A stretch of DNA of 64,000 nt from Bugula neritina (lineage: Eukaryota; Animalia; Bryozoa), in the NCBI GenBank assembly GCA_964035545.1, contig OZ037772.1:558001-622000 (forward strand), given 5' to 3'. Numbering within the stretch: the stretch's first letter is position 1; every line of letters starts with the position of its first letter. The translations under genes and the position numbers were made by a program. Below, piece by piece: positions 26,227 to 38,600 of this stretch. The notes below the pieces were generated by a model. It did no database searches. It was not told the DNA's origin and saw nothing but the letters and a program-made list of their open reading frames with translations.

Positions 26227-26841
26227 CTTTTTGGATGCACATATTTGTCTTATATCCAAGTTAAAATAAATTATATGTTCTGTTACCTAATTTATTCATT
26301 GTTTGAACAGCATGCATCTAAGTAATGTAGAATAGTCATTTGGTGTTAACATTATATGTACCTAGAGTAAATTTTTATTAAGCACTCATGTTTTAGGTTT
26401 TCATATTATTTTGGTATGCTGCTATAAACTGCAAGATTGATTGTTAAATAAGTAATATGCTAATAGCTGCAGTAACTAATCTAAACTATCTAAAATAATA
26501 TTCCAATTTTATTTGATTTAGGACAAAAAACAGTAATAAAATTATTTTCAGAGTTGATCTTTAATGAATACTTATCAACAAATATCTTTTCAAACAACAA
26601 GAAGTATAATATGTGCAAAATTTTTAAGTTGATGCAGATTAAAAGAACTTATTTATGGGTTAAATAACAAGCAATTGATTTAAGCTTTTTTAAATATAAG
26701 TATACTTCAATGATAGTAAAATGAATTTTACGTAAAATATATATTGTACGAAAATAAACAAATAGCAGCTAACTGGGAAGGAAGCATCTAACTAAGATGA
26801 TAACATGTTATGTTACATCACCTTATTGTGTATTATTTTAG

Positions 26842-29300
26842 TTACAAGAACTTTTCCTGGGCCACCTATTACCACAACCAGTTTACCAACTAATCAAGAA
26901 GCAAATAATGGAGATAATCCAGAAGGTGCTCAATAAAAAAATTGTAAATTTGGCGATAATCTCTAAATTATCATGATTATATTAGCTAAGAATGTACCTG
27001 TGGTATTGTTTGAAGTTTACAGCTTTGACATCAAAGGGGCTTTACTAATTTACATATTTTGTTTGATCAATGAATCATAGCACTTACTATCATGCAGTCC
27101 AAATTTCTGTTCTGCATGCATCTTTAAATGAAATTTAAATGTTCAATTAGAATTACTTATTTAATGTTTTGTTTATTTTTAGTTAGCAATGTTGAAAATA
27201 TTGGAGAGGTATCATGCAGTTCAACAAGCCATGGAAGGTTTGTGTTGACACTTTGAAAATGTTTTATGGTTACAATTGGCATAACATACAATTACATTAA
27301 TGTGATGATGATTGTATTAAATTATCAGTATGACAAGACACTTTTATCTATGATATTTTTCCTGTTTTAAAGTACAAGAAATAGATGAAAATAACAGCTC
27401 CAGCGCTGGACCAGCTGATCCTATTGAAGCACTCAAGAAAGACATATAGAAGGTGCTTAGTAATGTACTATAATCAAATTTCTGTATTTATACAAGTTTT
27501 CAGCCAAAGAGTTGCAATCACATGTTCTCCTGTAGTTTTCAAAACAAAAGGATGCTTTTGTTGAGCAGAGTCTTGAGCTTGGTGACTTGACGAAATTGCT
27601 TTGGTCTTAGATTATAAGTCACAAAAGCATTTATTTGTAGTTAACCTAAATACTAATATAAAACAGTTATAAACTAGATCTTAGTTTTAGGTCATATATA
27701 GTATGAAATTTTACAGACATGAAGAAACAACTAAAGGAGGTGCTGGATGGGCAGAAAAAACTGATGGCTATAATCACTGATAGCCATAGTGGCAAAGACA
27801 ATATAACTGAGCAGCTGGAGGAGCCGCTAAAAACAATACAAGAGTTTGAATCTCATGAAGAACTTCTCCAATCCTCAAGAGAAAAACGTTCTGCTCTGGT
27901 ACATAGTATACTACTATATAATATAGATTGTATAGCTAGTTTAAAGACTTTTGGTGTATAACATGCAATATATAACATCCTGGCGTAGTTGATATTAGAA
28001 TACAATTTCTAGTGAACTGTAGATTTTCAAGCTATAAAATGTGTTTATCTTATGAAATGTTTCTCATTAAAGTGTTAGAAAAAATATTTGCCCCACTGCA
28101 ATAACACATTGAATGTATTCATGTAAATTCATGCTATGAAATATAAGTGCATTAATGTTGTAGACAAAGTTTCTTTTCTAACTGAGGGGAAAAAAACTAC
28201 GCAGATATGGTGAAAAGAGCCATGAGAAGAATTGGCACCAACGGGCTGTGGAGCCAATTCAGTATGAAGGCAAAGCCCATAAACAACATAAAAAGCTGTC
28301 TCTAAAAAAACTGCAGCTTATAAATGCATACTCAGTAAGTCATATAAAATAATCTCGTTAATAAGTTTCACTTCGCTTGTTTTTCAGAAATAATTTCAAA
28401 GGTTACAGAAGTAAAGTTATAAGCTAAATTTACTTTGATGGAAAAGACATACAGTCAGCATATTTTTTATTTCATGTAGAAGGTTAAAGCTCACAGTTGC
28501 TAATATAAATTTGTTTTAAAAATGTTTGGCTATTTTATCTTCTAACTTGAACATGCAATACAGTCTGTATTTTGGGAGATAATATAATATTGAAATAAAA
28601 TCTGTATCAAAACTTATCAAATCTCTGGGGCTGCATCAGCAGTTAAAATAGTTGTTGAGTTGTTGAGTTTAGAATAATTGCTCATCTAAAAATTTACTGC
28701 GTTCACTAAGTTTTACTTTCTAATTATATTTCAGAAGCTCTGCTGAAAAGTAAAAATAATAAAGAAATAGATATAGAGATTGAAGTATCGCTATTTTTGC
28801 GGCAGTGCCCTTATCAACTGGGAGGGGATAAGTATAAAAAGACAAGTTTGCAAGATGAGGTAAAGCTATATAAGATTATTGCAGTTATAGTAAGACTTGA
28901 ACTACTTGAACTGACTCGTATATAAAAATGGCTATAATTGGCTTCAAATTGGTTTACAAATACTAAACTAAAATTAATAATTTTAGGTTGTACTGCACAT
29001 TCAATTTACTACTTTATTTATGCTTCATTTTGATCATGGCGCTGAAGCTGCAGCAGGGTATATACTATTTTTTGATCAAATGTAAATAGATAATCTTTCA
29101 AAATTTGTCTAGCTATAACACCAGAAATGTAATCAATAATGAATATTAACATTTCATAGTCAAAAAATATCTTCAAAGTGTTTTTTTAGCCCTAAATGTA
29201 AATTAAAATTAATTGATAATCAGTGGTTTTACGTGAATGCTTATATTGAATACTTTTTCTTTCATAGATTGATTCCCTTTCATCTTGAGAAGATGAGGAC
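26842..29300 (+). pseudogene. Spliced DUF4806 (BEN-like) domain gene of a CACTA/EnSpm-like transposon, disrupted
   Basis: Exons ~26842-26926, 27183-27237, 27373-27452, 27717-27898 (coiled coil, PLKTIQEFESHEELL), 28164-28334 (ADMVKRAMRRIGTNGLWSQFSMK; stop and frameshifts) and 28735-28859 (IEIEVSLFLRQCP). Pattern recalled from DUF4806. Confidence 0.6.
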
Positions 29301-29579
29301 GGTTGAACCAATGACTTTTTTACATCATTTTATTATTAAATTAGAAGAGTTGAAGGCTTCTAATGAAGAGCTAAATTTGAGATTTACTTATATTTTGTAC
29401 ATATGAAAATAATTTGATTAACTAGTTAATAGAACATACAATTAGTACTGACAGTCTTAATTTTATTGTAAATTATATCTCATGAGTGTTTGCAAAAAAA
29501 GATACTTTTGCACTCTTTTTGTTCTGTTGTTTTTCATTTTTTTTAACAAAATAAAATAGCCATTACAGAGATCGGTCTT

Positions 29580-29789
29580 GGATCGCAAACCATTCACCAA
29601 CGTTGTATGAAAACCATTTATGCAAAGTTATGCAACACAACGTTTATGGAACGTTGGTGAAAGTTTCGCGATAAACGTTTGTTTTAAACGTTGAATATAG
29701 TACAAAAATGTGTCGACATTTAAACGTTTATTAAACATTTTACCCAACGTTTATACAACGTCATATCATCAATGTAAATTGTTAGTGGG
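29580..29789. mobile_element. Right terminus of an animal CACTA/EnSpm-like element
   Basis: About six AACGTT subterminal motifs ending in GTTAGTGGG (5'-CCCACTAAC on the minus strand), resembling CCC-type animal EnSpm termini. No matching left end was found. Confidence 0.6.
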
Positions 29790-30030
29790 GTGATTGCTAA
29801 AGAACTATGGGGATATTTTGATGGCTCTATAACTGAACCTGAAGAATCAGCTAGTGCTATACTAGACTCACTATAAAAAGATATCAAGCAAGGCTATGTC
29901 AATTATTGTACTCGCGATAATTTGCTATATCTCATAACCAGCTGCACAGAACCAAAGCAAGCATGGGGCACTTTACAAAACACAGAATCAGAAAGCAAGT
30001 CAGGAAACTGACAGTGCCTTCCTCCTATCA
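29790..30030 (+). mobile_element. Ty1/copia gag fragment (3' continuation)
   Basis: VIAKELWGYFDGSITEP..SKAMSIIVL..DNLLYLITSCTEPKQAWGTLQ, a typical copia gag N-terminal region. Confidence 0.7.
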
Positions 30031-30119
30031 AAAAGGGAGACAACCAACTACTAACCAAAAAAATACTTAAACGGACACTTGATCTAAATTTGTCAAGATA
30101 AAAAATAGTTGTTGTAAAC

Positions 30120-30915
30120 ATGGCAACTGCACTTAATGGTGCAGAGTTGTCCACCCAATGGTCCTGCTTCAAGGAAGAGTTCAACTATTGTCTAATAGCC
30201 TCAGAAAAATCTGATAAAGAAGAAAAAATAAAAATGGCCATTCTAATGCAGACCATTAGACCGAGAGGTGTAGACATATTCAAAAGTTTCAAGTTTGGGG
30301 AAGGAGAATCTAAAGATGTTTACAAGGATGTCCTATATAGGAAAATTTGACAACTTTTGTAAAAAGACCTCCAACAAAATAATCAAAAGACATCAACTGC
30401 TATAGACAAAACAGGAATGCTTATCAATAGGTGAGTATGTCACCAACTTACATAGGATCGCCAGAAAATGTGACCTTGGTGACATGTATGATGACTTTTT
30501 TATGCAGGCCTTACTTCTTGGCATCAACGACCAACAACTTCGGAGAAAATTGTTCGAGGAGTCAGAAAACATAGACCTCAAAAAAGCTATTAAAAAGTGC
30601 AAAGTGGCTGAGAGCTCTCAGAGTGATATGAAGACTATCAAAGCCGAAGGAGAATCAATTCATACACTTGGTCTCAAGGCCACTAAAGCAAACAAAAGTG
30701 CCAAACTGTACTTACGAACAACTGACAAGGAAGCGAATAATCCTGCCAAGTCTAACTGTGGAAACTGTGGCAACTCTCATCCTCCCGAAAATGCTTACGG
30801 TAAACAGTGTAGAAACTGCAAGAAATCCAACCACTTCAGAGCAGTCTGCATATCCAGGAAAATTGGCAGAATAAATGCAGTCACTGAACACATAGCTAAA
30901 ACATTAAAGCTTTAA
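30120..30915 (+). mobile_element. Ty3/Gypsy gag with CCHC zinc knuckle, copy 3, frameshifted
   Basis: WSCFKEEFNYCLIAS..LLLGINDQQLRRKLFEE..DLKKAIKKCK..CGNCG..H..AYGKQCRNCKKSNHFRAVC. Confidence 0.85.
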
Positions 30916-33900
30916 CTGCAATTTTTTTACCTTTTTTCTAGGTTAAATGCAATAAAAAGAAGTGCAGTGTCAAATATACATGTAGCTTCAAATAGACTTG
31001 CACTCATGGCAACTGAAATTCATGGACAATAATAGTTCTATACTCAAAATACGTGCAGATAAGTCAGTAATAAGTCTAAAGTTGTGTTTATACCTCTCCT
31101 GAACAAAGTATTTGTGTTTCAGTTAATAACACTCTTCAGAGTGCACCCTTATATAGTCTTACTGAAACTTGGTGACATTTCAACTTGAATTTAATTGCTG
31201 ACTAAAAATTTGGAAGGTATAAATGCAACTTAGCAAATATTACCTAAAAACTCCATCTAATAAAATAGTTGTGAAGTTTTAGCTACATGTAACATTTTAA
31301 TAGGCAAAATTACAATCACCCACCTAGTGCTTACTAATCACAAAACCTGGTTTGATAACCGGGAATTTTAAATAACAATTCATTTCATCAAGATTAGAAT
31401 TAAAGTAAATTTTTTATGGCATTCTCACCAAATAAAGATCCGCTGTCATTGTCCAACTTTGCTTTTTTAATCAAATTATTAAAAGCACTTTGAACGATAG
31501 AAGCTGAGTCTACAAAAGAAGGAAGATGCATGTAAATACAATTTTATATCTGAGTGTTTTTCCGTGCATTTAATCCAAAAATGTTAATAAGAAAAACTGA
31601 AGGCTACTGAGTGTGTGTTACAAAAATGTTATATAAAGCCTGAGATCATGCTTTAAAACACTTTAAATATTGCATAATATATATTAAATCAAATAAGTAC
31701 AAGATCAAAATATATATAGATACTATAATTTATTATATGTATAAATATACATGAAGTGCTAGCATAATGTAGCTAATATTTTATATCATGATAAGCCATA
31801 AGTGATCATTATAATTTTAAACAGTGTATATGTTCGCAGTCTAAATACAATAAATAGATAACTGTTGTCCATATTTTCAATGCAAGCTGATTAAAAATTG
31901 CCAGTGCAAAGTGTGACAGCCGATACTGGCTGCTGTATCAGCTGATAATTGTTCCTGCGTCAGCACGGGTGCTGTTTGGCACGGATGCCTATGTATTATG
32001 ATTAACTTAACAAAGGGTGAATGGATTGAGGACACAGATGCAGGCCACAACTCTATTTGTTGTTTATTGCCAACAGTATATTTTCTAAGTTAGACTTAGA
32101 CTCGAACTCATACTTATACTCATACTGTAACCTATAACCATGAGAATTACAAACATCATGTTAACTCAACATTGATTACACAGCTGACAAAACATTTAGT
32201 TAATGAAGTTCAAAACAAAAAATAATATAATACTTGATACTTACAATTAAGTATAGATTGCCTGCATCTTTAGCAGGAGGAAAATTGAGCTACACTGACT
32301 CATTGAATAAAAATAGCCAGCAAATAGCTATCGCGAAAGCTTTCACAAATAGCTTTTATTTCACAATGGTTTTTTGGAAAGCTGCCAAATCTCCTGCAAC
32401 ACAGAGATCTATATATGGCCTTCAAAGCTATTAAAATATATTTTATAGAGTTCCAATCACCATTAAAACAAAGTTTGAGTATAGTAGGCAATATAATTAC
32501 TGAACAGACTAACTTTAAATATATATTAACGTAGGAGGTCTAACATTATTCTTAAAAACAAAGTAACAAAAGTAACAATTAGCTAAAGTTGCTTTCAAAA
32601 CAAAATAATTATTTACAGGTATACATTATTAAATTAAAATGTTTGGTATTAGATTACATCATATAGTTTTTTGGTAAGCATTATGCATGATTGTTTCCCC
32701 AATCAACAAGAAGTCATATTATGCAGTTTGATGATTTGGATTATTTAGAAAAGATAATTGTATTTTTTAGTAAATTGTTACATGAAACAAAATTGCACAT
32801 TTTCTCATAAATTTAACTACAGTTAAAACAACATTATTATTTTTTGTAAGACTTGAAGAAATTAAAATAATACAGTTTGACCTAAGAAGATACATACCTT
32901 TTGCTGTCTCCAACTTGCTGCTCAAATTTTCTTCTTTTGCTTTTGGTAAAAACAGGCATTTTTTCTAACAATTCAGTTATATAGTGGTTAAAAGTACTAT
33001 GGTTTCCCAGCAAGTTTTACCTTGCTGAAATGTAACTTTCCAGTGTCAGAATAGCAGGTTTGACAAAATTTCTTATTTATATACTGCTATAATAGTAACA
33101 AAGAAAATTATCTGTTCCTACAATTACTTCTATACTAAGGTCTAGAGGGAGAGTGCATCCCTATAATTATGCAAAAGATAATAGGCCCTTTGTAGTTCTG
33201 GGCCAAGTTTCTTTTCATCTTCATAATAATCAGGAAGCTTAAGTAAGCTTAAAAGTTTTTAATTTTCTAAAAATGGCTGCCAAGAGTTGTACTTTAGTTT
33301 GAACCTTATAAAAAAATCTTGGAATTAGCCAACTTCAAAAGCACTGCCATAATTATAAATTCTTTTTAAGAAGTTTACCCTCAAATACTGTACAATAAAG
33401 AAAAATCTTCAAGATAGCTGTTCTATTTTTCTTAGTTTTGTTTTATCTCAGTACATGCAAAGTTTATAGTCTCTATGAGAGAGCTTTTTTAACTGACTGA
33501 GCATAATAGCTAAAAATTTTGTCTGCTGTCACTACAACGTGAACTTTTATAATAGTATAGGAGATGTTAAGAAATGCTTGCAGCTTACTTTTGCGACTAT
33601 AAATATTAGACCCTGTAGCATATAAGATACACCAAGTTTCGTTCACAATAAACCTAATGGGAATCAAGAGATATTAAATTCAAAGTTATTAACACATATT
33701 ATTGAAAACTATTTATACTTATCTTACTCTTTTTTTGTGTAGGTAGTCAAATTATATGACTAGCAAGAAATTTAGATTTTGATATTCACCCATTGCGTGA
33801 ACAATATTTTTTCTAACTGAATTATTTTACTTGAAAAATTTTCAAAACAGGGAAACCAATTCAGCAACTAGTTTTAAAGTTTGAAAAAGGCATGTAGCAC

Positions 33901-35614
33901 CAGTGCTACACTGGCCTTCTGTCTCTAAGAGTAACAATTCAGTTTAATTCCAATTGGCAACTCCCCTCCATATAAACTCCAAACAATATATTATTCTTTA
34001 ACACTTGTAACCTATTGATAGTCCAGGGTGCTTTGCTTGCCATACTCTGGCTTACAGACAGAGGATTAAAATTGCTTTTTATTACTGGGTACCTGTTATA
34101 TTTTGCTCTTACAAGGTAAATAAGTTTTAAAATATGCTAAAAGTATAAAAAGTATAAAAACATTTTTAATGGTAGTGCCATACATTGTTGTCCAGTTCGT
34201 ATCTCTATCCTAATATTTTGCATTATTATTATTGTTATCAATTTGTGAAAAGAGGTACTGAAAGAGCTTTTTATGAAACTTTGAAACATTTACCATATAC
34301 ACAACTTACTGGATTGCTCTGTGTCACAGTAGGCTAGCGGCAAAGCTAGCCAAAATTGCTTATTCTGAAGTCTAGCTTTTGTGAAAATTGGCAAGCTTTA
34401 GTTGATAACCTGTAATTATATAGCCAAGTTGTTTAATTAAGATTTAAAGTAGCATTGCTTTACACACAATAGTTTCGGAAAACAATTGAAAGAAAAGTTC
34501 AATAATATATTACTAAAATACCAGGAAAGTCTTGCTGATGTTTATAAAGCATGCATTAAACATTCTGTATTTCAATGGAAGATGTCTTACACATTGTAGA
34601 AGAAAAGTTGTCTACTTGCCTTAATTTACAAGGCTATAGCATAATGATAGTAGTATAGACTGATACTCAAACAAATTAATTAGGAGGAAATTTGGTGCTT
34701 GTCATAAATATTATGTTAATTTGTCTCTCTAGCATTAGGACAAAAAGAGAGATAAACCAGTTGCTCATATTGTGAGATTGTGCATAAACTGCTATACCTA
34801 CTAGCTTACAAATTGTTGAGTGCCAATATTTAAATTATCAATATATTTATGCTAGGTAAGGCCAGTAAGAAAATTTAGTTTACCAGTGCATGGTAACTTA
34901 TATATTTTGACTGCTAGAAAGTTCAACTGCATTAACAAATAAGCCTCCTTATGCTGTGTAAGATTAAATGAAAAGTACATAAAAGCAGTAACAAAGACAA
35001 GTTCTGAAACGTCTGCTCTTGCAAACAAAATGCCTAATTGCTAAGTGTTGGGAGCAGTTTCGAAGAAGCTTGTATATTATACCACTAATTGTTAACATTC
35101 AACCTATAAGTTACTGCTAAAAATTGAAAAAAAATCCAAGGCACATTCAGAAGCTTGCTAATATATTTCTTTTAAAGCTGCAATTAAAGAGTCATTTTTA
35201 GTGTAACGGCTGGATTTCTAGCCCACAAAAAGTTTCAATAGCTTATAAAAGGGGAGACAACAGACGTGCCTCACCTGCCTGCCACAGACGTCTGTCACTT
35301 GCAGTAAATGGTAACTAGCATTATAATGAGTGTTAATGAGAGATGAGCTCCATTACATATGAATGTTAATTAGGTTCTCACAGGGGATAAATAGAAGTTA
35401 TAAAATCTTACTCCTGGGGTCAAACTATGTGAGGCAATTCTAACATTGGTGAATCTCCTTTGTTCTCAGCAGTGATTACTAGTGGATACAATACTGCATT
35501 GAATTATTCTGAACTTGTTTAATTAAATACTTGGTATGGTAGAACAAGTATAAATTTTGTTTTAAGATTTAAACTTTGAAATATAATAGATATGCAATTC
35601 TAAAACCCGATTTC

Positions 35615-38600
35615 TAGTGGGGGTGCCAACATGCAAAAATGGGCGGGTGGAGCACATCAATACTAACCTTTGTTGCTATATATCACTGCAAAGCCAACAT
35701 TCTACTGATCTCAGATCTACAAGTACCTTTTTTGTATCTAGGGGGGTTCTCTCGTGAGAGGGGTGGATATACAGGGGTTCGGCATATTTCAAGGGGGGAC
35801 TATGGAACTCTAAATATTTAATTTTCTGAGTAGTTTAAGTTTGACATTAAAAATATTTTCAAGGAATGTTGTACACATATGAAAATTTTTCTAACAAAAG
35901 TTTTGACCAAAAATAAAAAAGTGGGCGGAGCCTATAATATGACAAACTACTTTTTTGCATATACCGGATATTCTCTAAACTGCTACTTTTCTGTTCTAGC
36001 ATTTAGAATGTTGATTTTTAGTATGAAAATACTCTATTGTGTTCTAATAATGCTCTCCAATTTTCATTACATTCTGAACTATATAACATCTTTCCCAACC
36101 ATGACAAATAAAAAACATAAAACGGGAGTTATCTCCTCCGTTATAAATTATTGCATTTCTACCCAATTATATTGCTGTTTGTTGATAGGAACAACATCAG
36201 CATGATAAAAATGTATTCTTAGTGTATTTATATTAGCTTATTGACTTATTTTGAATAATTGATCACGATCAATACTATTAAGTATTAATATTCAATATTT
36301 ACTGTATAAATTGAGTGTCAGCAATAATTAACAGACCACTAATATTCGATTTTTTCATCCATAAGTATAGTAACATAAAATATGGTTCATAAAAAAGTAA
36401 TATTATGATTTCAGCATCACAAGCAATTACTATGCTCTTTTATATCAGATATTGGTAGACATTTGTAATTGTATTTATTTATAAATAAGATAGTATTTAA
36501 AATTTTAATTTACAATAGATCAAGCTTTATTACAGAGTTTTGTTATCTCTAGCGTTTATATACCAAATTTATTATATTATAATTCTTCATCAGAACTGTG
36601 TTTGTTGCCATCATCATCATAATCAGGCTCTTTGTTTGAAAAAGAAGACTGGCCACTTTTGTTGTTGCAATCGAAACATTCACATAAACCACAGCATTTC
36701 ATCATCATTCATCATCATGCTTTACTCCTACAGCCTGCTTTTTTGCATTTACATGCTGTTAAAATTACATCTGTGTTGCTCTCAAAATCATATTTTATAT
36801 ATCACAAAACTTAGTCAAGAGACATTGCTGAATATGAAAAAGTCACTTGAGAATTCATGTAATCTAAATACAGCATGGCTATTGGCAAGACTTGCCCCAA
36901 TCAAACTGTTTCAATTGGATATAAGTCCTTCTACACATAACTGCCCCAGCTGGAGTAGCTTTAATGTAAGAAAATTGGTTTCCACAGAAGATAATAAAAG
37001 ATCAGTCATTGGGTATTGCCCAATGATTAATGCACCATCAACAGATCCATCAACAATTTATACAATCCTTCTGCAGCTAAAGAAAACTATGAAAGTTTTT
37101 AATCAGAAACATTCAGTAATTACATTTGACCAAGCTATCTACAAGATTGCCAAAGAGATTCAATGGAACAAACCAACTGAATTTTCAAACACAATAATTC
37201 GAATGGGCGGTTTTCATATCTTGATGAATTACATGGCAGCACTTTGCAAAATGGTAAAATCAAGCGGCCTCGCTCAAGTTCTTGTACACAGTGATATATA
37301 TTCTGAAGTTACAGTGAAACAGTTGCTATGTGGTAAGCATTATAACAGAGGTGTACGGGCAAACAAGATTTTGTATGAGGCAATATCAAGGCAGAAACTA
37401 AAATCTCTTTCGGAATGGCTTCAAGAAAATGATCAGTTTGACCCATTAGATTATCATACTATTTCTATTGATAACTTACGGGAATGGACCACTGTCGCAG
37501 ATAAAGTTGCTACTGCTATAAAAAGCTTGATTATGATACTAAATTAAAATCTAACCTTTCAATGTTCTGGAATTCCTACCTTCATGCAGTAGAAGACATG
37601 TTGGGATTTATTCGAGCTGAGCGTAGTGGCAACTGGCAATTATATTTGGACAGTATGCAGGCAATGCTACCAGTATTTTTGCGTATGATCGCACAAACTA
37701 CTCAAGGTGGCTGCCTATATACCTTATTGATATGCTAAATTTGCCTGAATCTGCTCCAAAAGTTTATGGAATGTTTGCAAAGAGTTCATTCACCATAAAC
37801 AGGACAGGAAAAAAAAATGCAGATATGGCTCCAGATCAGGTCTTGGAGCAAACTTTGAACCGAGACAGTAAAACATCTGGAGGTATTATTGGCATTAGCA
37901 ACCATGAAGAAGCTCGGACAAAATGGTTTTTGACTAGTCATATCAGAGCCCAACTGCTTTCTTTGCAAAAGGATTTTTGCCAAATAGCCTCACAGTCATC
38001 AACACTACACAAGGAAGACACAATCATTACAACTATGACGGATGAGATTGATATACAAGCAATTCTTTTTACATTGCAGCAGTTTGATGTTAAGTTGTTT
38101 AGCAATAATTCAACTAAACTTATTAATATTGCTACTGGAGTAAGTCCTGATGCTGAGACCTTCTTGTCAATAGTGACTGCTATGGCTCAGGGAGGAGAAA
38201 TGGCTCAAAAGTTTTTTCAAGATAGACTTTTGAATACAATAAAACCATTTTACACTGCTATTCACCGGCTTAAAATTCTTTCCTTTGACTTTGTGGCTAA
38301 ATCACTTCAACCAGCTATTAAACCAAATGTTCCTAAAATATCATTTGCTGAACTTCTCATAAGTGCGAAAAGTGCCAAAGATTTGCATACAGTTCTAGAG
38401 AAAGAAATTGGTCCCATTCCTCTTGCTCTATTTACTGAAAACGGACAGATGAGTAAAAACATGCAAATTGCAACTAATGCTTATTTTGGAACAGAAAGAT
38501 CTTGGAAACAGGGTCTCCAATGATAATAGTCAACTGTTCACCAACAAATTCTTATAGCTATGCTCTGAAGATGTTGGAAATATTTCTTGAATGTGGCAAA

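Noticed and set aside
30950-35600. Scattered exon-like blocks
   Set aside because: No consistent frame or recognisable motif; left unannotated.
35639-36205. 60-aa and 108-aa ORFs duplicated at 40137-40703
   Set aside because: They occur twice only because they lie in the inverted arms; no recognisable domain.
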